From an uncultured virus (IMG/VR IMGVR_UViG_3300020577_006910) (lineage: Duplodnaviria > Heunggongvirae > Uroviricota > Caudoviricetes), in IMG/VR virus record IMGVR_UViG_3300020577_006910: 64,000 nt of DNA; one strand, written 5' to 3'. A program made the translations under genes and the position numbers. This document shows positions 18,218 through 27,823 of the stretch, one piece after another. The notes beneath the pieces are model-generated. The model ran no database searches and had not been told where the DNA came from. It worked only from the letters and a program-made list of their open reading frames with translations. The first letter of the stretch is position 1; the number at the start of each line of letters is the position of its first letter.

Positions 18218-19447
18218 TTACGACGGCTTATCTTGTCTGTTACGGACAGCGTTATCGTAATTAATCTCGACATAAATGTCTCTAAACTCGGGAAACTGTT
18301 CTACGGTGTTTTCCAGATCATATTCAGATACAACTCTATCGCCAATCCATCCAGCAATACGATTACGCGATCTAGGTGTCTTAAAGTTATGTGTGGATAA
18401 CTCGGAAGCAAAGTTAAGTAATTCGTACACAGTCGCACGAACTGGTAACGTACGCATGTGTCTATGCGATAGATCCTTAAGATTAGAAATAGACCACAGT
18501 GTCATTGGATCGCCTGTAAGATCGGACAGTCTTCGCATGACACTGTGTTTGGCGGTGAGCCCCCATTTCTCTTCGGCCATACTAGTAGTCAGAGCGTCGC
18601 TTAGAGTAACCAGCTCTCTAAAGGATGCCCAGCTTCTAGACGCTGTACGGAATCGATCATTGAGAGCATGGAACCCCTCTTCGTTATTAAACGAAGAAAT
18701 AGCTCTATCTAAAACAAGTCCGATATCTTTGTCGTCTTTGCCTAACGAGAACTCAGTTCTAAACGCCTTATGTCGAACGACAGCCCCGTTAGAACAAACT
18801 TGACGATAGATCTGCAAGAAAGATGCAGGTAACCCATATCCATGTAGTGGGAAATCCATCGCAAAGCGTGTCTGAAACGTACTGTCCTGTTTTCCTGTAA
18901 TCTGAAAGCTTGTCTGGAACGGACAATCAAAACTGGCTGAGATTACGCCGTCTTGATATGTTACTTCTGTGCCACTGTATTTCTTAATTAATTCAATAGC
19001 ACCGTCTTTATCCAACACAGCTCTGTTGGGGTTAGTAAAAGATAATACGCTTCCACTGGTATCGTTTTTCTTATTTTTAGCAGACACGTCAAAACACAAT
19101 CTGACGCCGCCGGTATTTTTAAGACCTACCGCTTTAAATACATCTTCGCCTGACCAGTAATCAAACGTAGTTCGGGAGAGTCCAAACATTTTTGCAAATG
19201 TATCAAACATAGAATCGGTAACAGCCATGACACGCCCATCACTCAGCTGTAGGCGCATGTTGTCGTTTTCTTCTCTACGTGTCTTAAATTTTGTTTTATC
19301 GCCAATAAAACAAGTTTTAAGACTACTGACAGGAATTACAGCGTATTCAATATCTACGCCAGTCAAACTACTAACATCTCCACTTTTCCAACGATTTTCA
19401 ACTACAGGTACAGCGTTGTTATTTACAGCAATTACATCATTATCCAT
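18218..19447 (-). CDS. DUF932-like protein
   Basis: IYRQVCSNGAV motif and C-terminal TVYELLNFASELSTH. Confidence 0.65.
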   Translation of the reverse strand: MDNDVIAVNNNAVPVVENRWKSGDVSSLTGVDIEYAVIPVSSLKTCFIGDKTKFKTRREENDNMRLQLSDGRVMAVTDSMFDTFAKMFGLSRTTFDYWSGEDVFKAVGLKNTGGVRLCFDVSAKNKKNDTSGSVLSFTNPNRAVLDKDGAIELIKKYSGTEVTYQDGVISASFDCPFQTSFQITGKQDSTFQTRFAMDFPLHGYGLPASFLQIYRQVCSNGAVVRHKAFRTEFSLGKDDKDIGLVLDRAISSFNNEEGFHALNDRFRTASRSWASFRELVTLSDALTTSMAEEKWGLTAKHSVMRRLSDLTGDPMTLWSISNLKDLSHRHMRTLPVRATVYELLNFASELSTHNFKTPRSRNRIAGWIGDRVVSEYDLENTVEQFPEFRDIYVEINYDNAVRNRQDKPS

Positions 19448-19541
19448 AGAACCTTCCTTTTTGTTTGAGCTAAGATGTGATATTCGTTAAGAACAAACAT
19501 TTGTCGCACAAATGGCACAGAGCTTAGAGAACAATTAAAAA

Positions 19542-20780
19542 CTAACGATCAGCCGCTACTTCACCGCCACCTGCGGTAGTAATATCTCTGAAACGAGTAT
19601 TTTTTGCACGCTTAATTATGTACTTAGGTAGTGGAACAGCTTTTTGTTTAGCTAATTCGATTCCTATGCGTTGAGTAACTTTTCTAATGTTATCGATATT
19701 AAGGCTACGCGATATCCACTTACCTTGTTCCATGTTAAAACGATCCGCTGGACTTGCGAACATATGGAAAGGAAAGTGAGTAGCGTAATTTTGCACAATA
19801 TTCGCAAAGGGCTTATCTGCGTGTATTCGAAGAGCTCTGCCACCCATTTGCTGAGTCGGTCCTTTTGCAGAAGGTCTTACAAACACGGTTCTAAGGTCGT
19901 TAGCATCAAACCCTTCAGTCAGTACATATACGTTAATCAACACGGCAATTTCATTACGTCTAAATCTATCTATCTGCTTCTGTTGAGTAGCTATAGAACC
20001 GCCTATAACTACCTCAGAATCTACGCCTTTACTAGCTAAACAAGCTTGTGCCTTATAGCACTGGTCTTTTGTAGTAAAGAACATAACCGATTTACCCCAC
20101 CTAGACATATCGTTTAAATATAAATTTGCAACGTTTTCAGGTGTCCATACGTCGTCATACATATATTGATGAAACTTAGCCAACCACCCTTCGTCTACCA
20201 GTTGACGTATACCAGCGTCTCGAATCACCTTACTGAAACACAGTTTCATATGATCTGTGCGATACGGAGTAGCGGTAAGTGCTATATGTACTTTTGGCTT
20301 TATGCTGCCATACATAGCTGTAGCAGTTGCTGAAGCTGAATGCTGTGCTTCGTCTTCAATAAGCACGTCTATAGCATCTGGAAAGCTGTGTCTAAATGTT
20401 GAAAAATAACAACCAAAGTCGTATCCGAATTTACGCCTATTCTCTTCGGCAGCTTGTTGAACAAGTACGCGACGCATACACGTCCAGCCAAACTTCCATT
20501 TATATTTATCGTATAAAGCTTTAGCCAGTAAATGAGCGCAGATGGTCTTACCCGCTCCTGTAGGTAATTCAATTAAAATAGACTGATGTCCAGCATCTAT
20601 GGCTTTTAACGTATTGTCAATTACTCTGTGCTGGTATAAACGCGTCTGAACAGCTTCAGTTGGCGTAGCATCTTTTACAACAATAATTCCACTATCTTGC
20701 TCGTCAGGAGCTATCGTAGCTAATTCTTTATCCATATCATTAATCTCAAGTATTTCATTAAGTTCAAGCTGTTCAGGCAT
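19542..20780 (-). CDS. superfamily 2 helicase (ResIII/DEAD-like)
   Basis: RLYQ, LPTGAGKT, DEAQH, LTATPYRTD, LTEGFD, QMGGRALR. Confidence 0.92.
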   Translation of the reverse strand: MPEQLELNEILEINDMDKELATIAPDEQDSGIIVVKDATPTEAVQTRLYQHRVIDNTLKAIDAGHQSILIELPTGAGKTICAHLLAKALYDKYKWKFGWTCMRRVLVQQAAEENRRKFGYDFGCYFSTFRHSFPDAIDVLIEDEAQHSASATATAMYGSIKPKVHIALTATPYRTDHMKLCFSKVIRDAGIRQLVDEGWLAKFHQYMYDDVWTPENVANLYLNDMSRWGKSVMFFTTKDQCYKAQACLASKGVDSEVVIGGSIATQQKQIDRFRRNEIAVLINVYVLTEGFDANDLRTVFVRPSAKGPTQQMGGRALRIHADKPFANIVQNYATHFPFHMFASPADRFNMEQGKWISRSLNIDNIRKVTQRIGIELAKQKAVPLPKYIIKRAKNTRFRDITTAGGGEVAADR

Positions 20781-20781
20781 T

Positions 20782-21240
20782 TCAACTCACTTTATTATAC
20801 TTTAGATAGTCAGCCACTTCTAACCTGTACATAACAATACAGATTTTATCTTCAGCCCACCAAGATGGGTAAATTCTATATTCAAGTTGATTGTGCAAGC
20901 ATAAATTACACAGTTCATGCATGATAGAGACATTTAAAATAGCTGGATCACAGTGAGATACGAAAAAGCTGGTCTTACCGTCTAAATCCAGAAGCTCTAA
21001 GTCTGCCCAGCCTTTAAATTTAGAATAATCTATTTTAATCAAATCTAAAAATCCGCAAATAGCTTTAATGCTACCTGGTTTTTTAGAGACTGTGATATTA
21101 CCTGCTTTACCGTTTAAAATAGACTCAGAAAAGTTTACAAATCTAGTAGATTTAAGCGTCGCTTTAAACGAACAAACTACGTCAAGAAAAGATTGCTCTT
21201 CATTATTTGTAGATGTTGTAGGGGTCGAATTGGTTGCCAT
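20782..21240 (-). CDS. hypothetical protein
   Basis: ORF in operon. Confidence 0.65.
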   Translation of the reverse strand: MATNSTPTTSTNNEEQSFLDVVCSFKATLKSTRFVNFSESILNGKAGNITVSKKPGSIKAICGFLDLIKIDYSKFKGWADLELLDLDGKTSFFVSHCDPAILNVSIMHELCNLCLHNQLEYRIYPSWWAEDKICIVMYRLEVADYLKYNKVS

Positions 21241-21248
21241 GTAACACT

Positions 21249-22262
21249 TTAGTTAGTTGTAGGAGCGTTAAAACCGTTAGGGTTTGGTTCTGTGTAAGCA
21301 CCGGAGTCAACCCCCGGCTCTACTAGACTATCGTTATATACGCCCATTGGCATAGCGCTACTAGTAACACCAACCAAACTGTTCGTCATACCCTGTGTAG
21401 TAGATTCATCGCTACAGGCACACGTAATTGTTTTTTGCCCCGTAGAAACGTACGGAGCGGGTTCGGTTTTGTTAGTAATAATGGGCTGTTCAAACGGATT
21501 CATTGGATGCGGAACAGTCGGCTGTCTAAACGGACTGGCAGGCAGTGTAGCAGGCGTAGCTGCCATCTGTCGCTTAATTGCAGTAAGCTCAGACACGATA
21601 GTCACATAATTACTCATCAAAATATTGAACATTCGTGCAATATCATCAGAATTAACCGAGGGCGTATTGTTTGGTTTACTATCAGCAGACGAGTCCGTAG
21701 GAGTAACTGCGCGTGTAGATGTCGTATTAGTAGGCTGAATCACTACACCCGTTCGCTTCATTACAGCGTTTGTGGTGTAGTCACGGATATCTCGATGAAT
21801 ATTGTCTAGAGTAAAGTCTGCATTAAAACGGAATAATTGCTTAAAGATATCATCTACAGTGTTATTGATCGTTACCATCAAACGATAGTCATAAGTAGAT
21901 TTCTTAAGACAATTTTCTTTCAGCGAACTTACTGCCTTATCGATAGCTAATTTTGGATTCTCGTAGTTAGTGTTGACCATTCGTCTAAGCTGATTGTAAG
22001 AAAGCTTATTGATGAACCTACTAATAATGGCTTTATCGACGTTAGACAGCGTAAGTTTGTTGTTTAGCATATGCTGCAAAAATCTATTAAAATCTCTAAC
22101 AATTCGATTAGGCTCATTGGCAGAGAAGAAGCCTGTGCCACTCTCTAGCTTGTACACATTAATAAAATTTGTGTACATATTTCCAAGAACCAGCCACTCA
22201 TTGCTCCGAGTGATTGGCTTAGGCATCATAATAACTTTACCCTTAACTGTAATCGGACGCAT
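21249..22262 (-). CDS. hypothetical protein with Pro/Thr-rich C-terminus
   Basis: Start probably MRPITV (22262) after AAGGA SD. Confidence 0.7.
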   Translation of the reverse strand: MRPITVKGKVIMMPKPITRSNEWLVLGNMYTNFINVYKLESGTGFFSANEPNRIVRDFNRFLQHMLNNKLTLSNVDKAIISRFINKLSYNQLRRMVNTNYENPKLAIDKAVSSLKENCLKKSTYDYRLMVTINNTVDDIFKQLFRFNADFTLDNIHRDIRDYTTNAVMKRTGVVIQPTNTTSTRAVTPTDSSADSKPNNTPSVNSDDIARMFNILMSNYVTIVSELTAIKRQMAATPATLPASPFRQPTVPHPMNPFEQPIITNKTEPAPYVSTGQKTITCACSDESTTQGMTNSLVGVTSSAMPMGVYNDSLVEPGVDSGAYTEPNPNGFNAPTTN

Positions 22263-22266
22263 ACTA

Positions 22267-22917
22267 TTATTCCTTATTGAACTCAATCCATTTTTTATAC
22301 GTCGCACTGGACATAAATCTTTGGTAATTATTTTCTACAGTGATATCGTAAATAAATTTTTCAGATTCGCCTAATATATTTTTATCTTTATGATTTAACA
22401 ACCAGTACAACTGATAAATGTCTAAGTAACGTGAATAATTTAATTTTGCCCACAACTCGTATTTACCTGGAAAATCTACATCTGCAAAAGTAAAAATAGG
22501 TTTAAACGTTTTTATGTTACCTTTAGGTACTCCGTTAACATCTTTACTTAAACTGCAATATAGCTTTTTTTGGTCTGCATCAGTTACATGCACTGGAGTA
22601 GTTGGTTCTAAGTGTAAATATATCCAAGAATATATGTCTAATATACTACCGTCGTACAACCTGAACCAATTACACGGAATAACGTTTATGTTTTTTAGAT
22701 AAGGTAAATATTGAGTAGCCTCATCTGCTGCTTTTATGTTAATAAAACCCTCTTCAATCATTCCAGGTATTTTATTTTTTTGAGCTAATAATTCTACAGG
22801 TGTATATAGGTCTTTACGCCAATTTGCTAGAGACAAGTTTATACGTTTAGCTAAACTAGTCAATGATAATTTGCTAAAACTGGTAAACAAGTCGACCTTA
22901 AGCTCTGTTGTGGTCAT
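22267..22917 (-). CDS. hypothetical protein
   Basis: ORF, ATGA overlap. Confidence 0.65.
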   Translation of the reverse strand: MTTTELKVDLFTSFSKLSLTSLAKRINLSLANWRKDLYTPVELLAQKNKIPGMIEEGFINIKAADEATQYLPYLKNINVIPCNWFRLYDGSILDIYSWIYLHLEPTTPVHVTDADQKKLYCSLSKDVNGVPKGNIKTFKPIFTFADVDFPGKYELWAKLNYSRYLDIYQLYWLLNHKDKNILGESEKFIYDITVENNYQRFMSSATYKKWIEFNKE

Positions 22918-23330
22918 TGTCTTGCGGCTTTAATTAGGTGATTGGTAGTGAGCGATAGACTATCCCCGTTTTTTACACCAATTATTCCTGCACTGCAGTT
23001 TTGCGTAATTCTATCTATTAAAAAGTCTGTTTTATTATCCGCGTTTAATTGCTGTACATACACCACAACTTCCCAGGCGATTTTTGGCGTGTAGTCGTTA
23101 TTTACTGTAACAGTTAGACAACTAGGACGTAACGTATTGACCCAATTTAGGGCTAAATTATTCCAATACATTCCCCATAAAAATTTTAAAACTGGAACAA
23201 TAGTTAAATCACACGATGCTAGCGATTGATACGGAATAGTTATACATTCATTAGTTATTTGTAAAAATCTTCCTGACTGATCAGTAGCTAGAAGTTTGTG
23301 CAAGTCAGTATCTTTGTTGAATATCATCAT
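22914..23330 (-). CDS. hypothetical protein
   Basis: ORF; TATAAT 6 nt before the second ATG. Confidence 0.65.
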   Translation of the reverse strand: MMIFNKDTDLHKLLATDQSGRFLQITNECITIPYQSLASCDLTIVPVLKFLWGMYWNNLALNWVNTLRPSCLTVTVNNDYTPKIAWEVVVYVQQLNADNKTDFLIDRITQNCSAGIIGVKNGDSLSLTTNHLIKAARQ

Positions 23331-23352
23331 AGCATTATAACCTGAATAGAGA

Positions 23353-24456
23353 TTACCTACAATAGACTAGTTTAGTAGATGCGCGTGTAGCAGCTGTATA
23401 TGCCCAACGGTTATAATTCCACGTTTCCGCAATTTGCTCTAGAACAAGCACGGACTCCCATTCGCTACCTTGTGCTTTATGGCAAGTGATTGCGTAACCG
23501 TAATCCCATTGGGTGATGTCACTTTTTAATCGTTTTAAATCTTCTTTTTTATTAGTACCTAATTGAGTTCTGTCTATTTTAATACGCTCATACAGAGTAC
23601 CAGTATCATCTTCGATGTCTACATCTATTACAAAAGTACCTAAATCATTTATTGCTTTAACTTTACCAATTGTGCCGTTGTATACACCTTTGGTTCTATT
23701 ATTTTGTAGACATATGAGTTTATCGCCTACGTTTAAAACATCTGTGTAACCTAAATACTCACGCATTTTGGCATTTATTTCATGTCTAGTTAAATTAAAT
23801 CCACAGATTATTTGTTCTACGTCATAGATGTACTTATCTATATCTGATTCTTGAATTATTTCTACTTCGCCAAGCTTACCGTATTTAAAAGGTTTACCTT
23901 CGCGAAGTATTTGAGAAAATCTAATAATTGGAGAGCTTTTAGCTTGTCTGTGTATTTCTGTTAAAGTGATATCAGGATTAGCCATTACGTTAGGATTTTT
24001 ACCTATTGGCTCCAGCTGACCCATATCACCTACATAAATAACAGGCTTACCGAAAGACAGCAGATCGTCGTTAAGATCGCTGTTTACCATCGATGCCTCG
24101 TCAATAATAATTAAATCATAAGGTATAGTGCTTTTTAAGATAAATGTTTTAATATTATGATCATACGTATACAGCATGCTATGTAAAGTAGTGGCTGAAT
24201 TTATGCCTTTTCTACGTAGCACAGAAACCGCTTTACCTGTGAAAGCGGATATGCCTACCAATGGTCTAGACTCTATTTTATTTAAGCTATCTAATATGGC
24301 TTTAATTAATACAGTTTTACCTGTACCCGCGTAACCACCAATTGAAAGAGTATTAGAAGCGCTATCGTCTGTGTAAAAAGTAACAGCTGCATCTCTTGCA
24401 GCTGTTTGTTCAGAAGTTAATTGAATATCAGGTAGTGTGTTATCAGATGCTATCAT
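23353..24456 (-). CDS. RecD/Dda-like SF1B DNA helicase
   Basis: GGYAGTGKT, AFTGKA, ATTLHS, IIDEASMV, GDMGQLEP, LTEIHRQA, YAITCHKAQGSEW, YTAATRA. Confidence 0.93.
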   Translation of the reverse strand: MIASDNTLPDIQLTSEQTAARDAAVTFYTDDSASNTLSIGGYAGTGKTVLIKAILDSLNKIESRPLVGISAFTGKAVSVLRRKGINSATTLHSMLYTYDHNIKTFILKSTIPYDLIIIDEASMVNSDLNDDLLSFGKPVIYVGDMGQLEPIGKNPNVMANPDITLTEIHRQAKSSPIIRFSQILREGKPFKYGKLGEVEIIQESDIDKYIYDVEQIICGFNLTRHEINAKMREYLGYTDVLNVGDKLICLQNNRTKGVYNGTIGKVKAINDLGTFVIDVDIEDDTGTLYERIKIDRTQLGTNKKEDLKRLKSDITQWDYGYAITCHKAQGSEWESVLVLEQIAETWNYNRWAYTAATRASTKLVYCR

Positions 24457-24892
24457 CTTCTAGATCTTCATCTTCGTCGTCTTCTTCAAATTGTCCGAAG
24501 TTATCATCGTAAGTGTTGCGACTTTCCCAATACGAATCATATTCTTTTCTAAGATCTTCTGCATTTAGCTTTAGTTCTTGAGCCAAAAAATCAATGATGG
24601 CAGAATAATTAAACCCGTTAGGAATGATAGCATTGTCGGTGATAGGATTGTAGTACGGGATGGAAAAACGCAGTAAAAAATTAATAGCAAAATCTGGAGC
24701 GTCTGTACCACCTAGCTCTCTAACAAGATCTGTGATACATCCCTCCATAGCATAAATACTTACTGGATTAAGTGTATGGGTCAGGGAATACTTTTCCGCA
24801 TTTACTGTAATAAAGTTAATAAAATGTTTAGCAAAATCTGATATACCGCAGGTGTCTAACAATGCGCTACTTGTTCTATCAAGTTGTGACAT
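24443..24892 (-). CDS. hypothetical protein, acidic tail
   Basis: GAGGT SD before MSQLD. Confidence 0.65.
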   Translation of the reverse strand: MSQLDRTSSALLDTCGISDFAKHFINFITVNAEKYSLTHTLNPVSIYAMEGCITDLVRELGGTDAPDFAINFLLRFSIPYYNPITDNAIIPNGFNYSAIIDFLAQELKLNAEDLRKEYDSYWESRNTYDDNFGQFEEDDEDEDLEDDSI

Positions 24893-24919
24893 ACTGCACC
24901 TCAAATAAACGTGGGTTGA

Positions 24920-25558
24920 TTAGCCATCAACTATACTATATAAAGCATTAAATTCAGTAGCAGGGGTACCGCTACCACCGTAAAGATCCACAATTATACC
25001 ATCCGCTCCGTATACATCAGGAATGAATAATTCTGCTGGAGATGTGGTCAATCCATCAGACGCGGGTGAATATACAACTGATCCAGGTGAATCTGATGTA
25101 GCTTCAATAGTGGTACCATACGCCGTAAGAGTTAAATTGATAACATCTGCAAAATATACGTTGCTAGAAGTAAACAACGCACCGAAGGTAACTGCGGCGT
25201 TTATAGAAACTTCACCAGTACAAAATTTAGTGAGCACGTAAAAACTTGGGTTTGTTATGTTGTAAGCTACTGGTTTAACTGGTACGACAATTTTCTTGAC
25301 TAAATAGACGTCATAACCAATAGTAGCGCCGTCAACGCCAACACCAAAAAACATTAAACGTAAACCACGGGCTTTTGACGATACACCTGAATTAGGTGAA
25401 TCGTCGCCCATTTTAATGTAAGGTGTGTTAGGTAAATCTGTCTTTGTGGTAGTAGCGAGCAGGGCGGCATCTATAAAACCCGACCCTGTTACAACCAATC
25501 CAGTGGTGTTATTACTGGTGGTATACAATAAATTGTAAGGAGATGATTGTCTAGGCAT
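24920..25558 (-). CDS. putative virion structural protein
   Basis: T/S/G/V-rich, predicted beta-rich, at the end of a structural-looking operon. Confidence 0.55.
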   Translation of the reverse strand: MPRQSSPYNLLYTTSNNTTGLVVTGSGFIDAALLATTTKTDLPNTPYIKMGDDSPNSGVSSKARGLRLMFFGVGVDGATIGYDVYLVKKIVVPVKPVAYNITNPSFYVLTKFCTGEVSINAAVTFGALFTSSNVYFADVINLTLTAYGTTIEATSDSPGSVVYSPASDGLTTSPAELFIPDVYGADGIIVDLYGGSGTPATEFNALYSIVDG

Positions 25559-25561
25559 AAA

Positions 25562-27808
25562 TTATCCAAATATTAATTTACGTGAATTAGTCGCAAGACG
25601 AACGCCTACGGGCGGTCTAAAATTATTTTCTACGGCATTATTTCCATTATATACCCAAGCTATATCTCCAGGAGAGTAGGTATCAGTGTATTCAGTATTT
25701 AAATAAAAATTGTTAGTCAGATCTCTAGGTAGTAAATATTTGTAATTAAACACTAAGTTTGTTTTAAGTACTCCAGCGCGAGATATCTTTATGTAATAAA
25801 TAGATCCGTTAAACGTATCAGAAACAAATGCGCTACCATCAGAAAAACTACCTATTCCGCTACCACATATAATATTACCATTTAATACACAGCCAAGACT
25901 GACATAACCAGTAGCTGAGTTAGTATCTTTATTGGCCGTACCAACATCTGTAAGCGCTATAGTTTGACCATCTATTTCTATAAGTCTAGTGGAGTTAGAT
26001 GGATTATATTGCACACGTATTTTGTGTGTAGCTGTATTGTTAGGATACGCTCCGTAAGTTGTAAAGGTTCCGGAGTTACCTGCTATACGAAAAATAACAC
26101 TTTTAACACCAGAGATATACCCAATAGCTAAACAAAAACCCTTTGTAGCATTTCCGCCAGCCGCTATGACTCCAGACGGATCGCCGTCTCTAGTAAAGTC
26201 TCGTACAATTGTCTCTATCTCAAAAGAACCAGTGGAGCAAATAGAGGAGGCTCCGTTGGATGTAAGACGTATACCGCACGGAGCGTATCTAGTAGAGCCA
26301 GGGAAACGCGTGCCTCTATAGCTAGAGGCCGTAAAATTTGTAGTCGGTACATCGGTTGGAGTAGTACCAGCAGCGGCGTTTTTAAACACCGGCCACCACT
26401 CTGAGTTCTCCCACCATTTGGTGTACTCGTCTGTATCTCTAGAATTTAAATTTCCATAAATCCACGGCTCTGTAGTGGGTGCGGCGCTAGAGTTTACACC
26501 TGGTACACCTAAAAGAGACGCGGTGTTCAGATTATATCCATTAGAATTAGTAGTGAAGGAAAAATCAGTTCTAGACCAGTTAGGCGGTAGGGGTGAGTTA
26601 CTTCCGTTACTGTCAACATTAAGCACAAATCCCTTGTAAGTACCGCTGCCCCACACCCATGCAACACTTACGTTACCTGTGGGAGCATCTAAAGGAAACT
26701 GTTGACCTAATAGGTTACCTACTGCACCCATCTGAGCACGAATAGCTGTTTGTAAAATACCTGCAACCTCAGACATACTATTTGCTGTCGCAGTATTTAT
26801 ACCAGTAATTGGAAAGCTTTGTTTACATACATTTATGTTAAACGCACCATTTGTAATAGTTTTCCAGTTAGCCAATATTTCAGCTTCAGTACCAGTGGGA
26901 GTAAACAGCCAATCTATAGAGGTGTAAGAGCAAAACCAACCTTCCCACAATATAACGCCGTCCGCATTTGCGTTTTTTAACGTGTCTATGACCTTTTGCA
27001 TAGCATAGCCGTTATAAGCTAACATTCTCCAAGCAGAAGATATGTGGTGTAACGGCTGAATATGCGGATAGTTTGGTATAGTGGGAAAGACAGCATTAAT
27101 TAACTCTGTGGATACTGTATTAGATTGAGACCATTGCTCCATCGCTTCAATTGAATTACCGTAATTAGAATAGGCAGCTCTGGATAAAAAATCAACTACA
27201 AAAGGCGTAGTCGTATGGCTTGAGCCATTCCATCTTTTATTGCAGCGTTGCAAACGCTGCAACATTTTGTTATACCAATCAGTATTCCTGTTTGAACCGT
27301 CTTGATAATAGAGATAACCGGTTGGATTAGTAGCGTACCATAGTGGATTAAAGTAACCATCACCTTGATCGGTACTACTAGGAAAATCGTAAAAACCTAC
27401 TTTAAGATCAGGATTACCTTGAGACGCTGCGCGGGCTTTTGCATAATCATATGCGGCTTGAAAAGCGTTGTAGACCACATCTACAGCAGGGTCAGCTTGC
27501 CCATTAACCCAGTTTGGGTAAAAAGATCTAGGATCTGCGTGTTGTGATGATAACTCTTCGTCAAAAACTACGCCGTAATACCCCAAAGCTACGGCGGCGT
27601 CAACTGCCGAATTTATATCTGTGGTACGTAAACTCCAGTCACCACCTGGAACCGGATTTACAAATATCGTATCTGCTGGGGCTTCATAAAATTGTTTAAT
27701 ATTCAACGAATTTAAGGCAGACACAGAAATAAACCCAGTAGTAGAACTGGGTTGATTAGTAGTTGCATTCGACGGAGAACCGATATCTAGAGCGTAGAAG
27801 AAAGGCAT
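25562..27808 (-). CDS. putative virion-associated glycoside hydrolase-like protein with C-terminal LamG/ConA-like domain
   Basis: GVVFDEE, KVGFYDFP, DFLSRAAY, ADGVILWEG; C-terminal FEIET...HKIRVQY...IEIDG...FNGSIYYIKI. Confidence 0.55.
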   Translation of the reverse strand: MPFFYALDIGSPSNATTNQPSSTTGFISVSALNSLNIKQFYEAPADTIFVNPVPGGDWSLRTTDINSAVDAAVALGYYGVVFDEELSSQHADPRSFYPNWVNGQADPAVDVVYNAFQAAYDYAKARAASQGNPDLKVGFYDFPSSTDQGDGYFNPLWYATNPTGYLYYQDGSNRNTDWYNKMLQRLQRCNKRWNGSSHTTTPFVVDFLSRAAYSNYGNSIEAMEQWSQSNTVSTELINAVFPTIPNYPHIQPLHHISSAWRMLAYNGYAMQKVIDTLKNANADGVILWEGWFCSYTSIDWLFTPTGTEAEILANWKTITNGAFNINVCKQSFPITGINTATANSMSEVAGILQTAIRAQMGAVGNLLGQQFPLDAPTGNVSVAWVWGSGTYKGFVLNVDSNGSNSPLPPNWSRTDFSFTTNSNGYNLNTASLLGVPGVNSSAAPTTEPWIYGNLNSRDTDEYTKWWENSEWWPVFKNAAAGTTPTDVPTTNFTASSYRGTRFPGSTRYAPCGIRLTSNGASSICSTGSFEIETIVRDFTRDGDPSGVIAAGGNATKGFCLAIGYISGVKSVIFRIAGNSGTFTTYGAYPNNTATHKIRVQYNPSNSTRLIEIDGQTIALTDVGTANKDTNSATGYVSLGCVLNGNIICGSGIGSFSDGSAFVSDTFNGSIYYIKISRAGVLKTNLVFNYKYLLPRDLTNNFYLNTEYTDTYSPGDIAWVYNGNNAVENNFRPPVGVRLATNSRKLIFG

Positions 27809-27823
27809 TTTGTATTCTCGTCA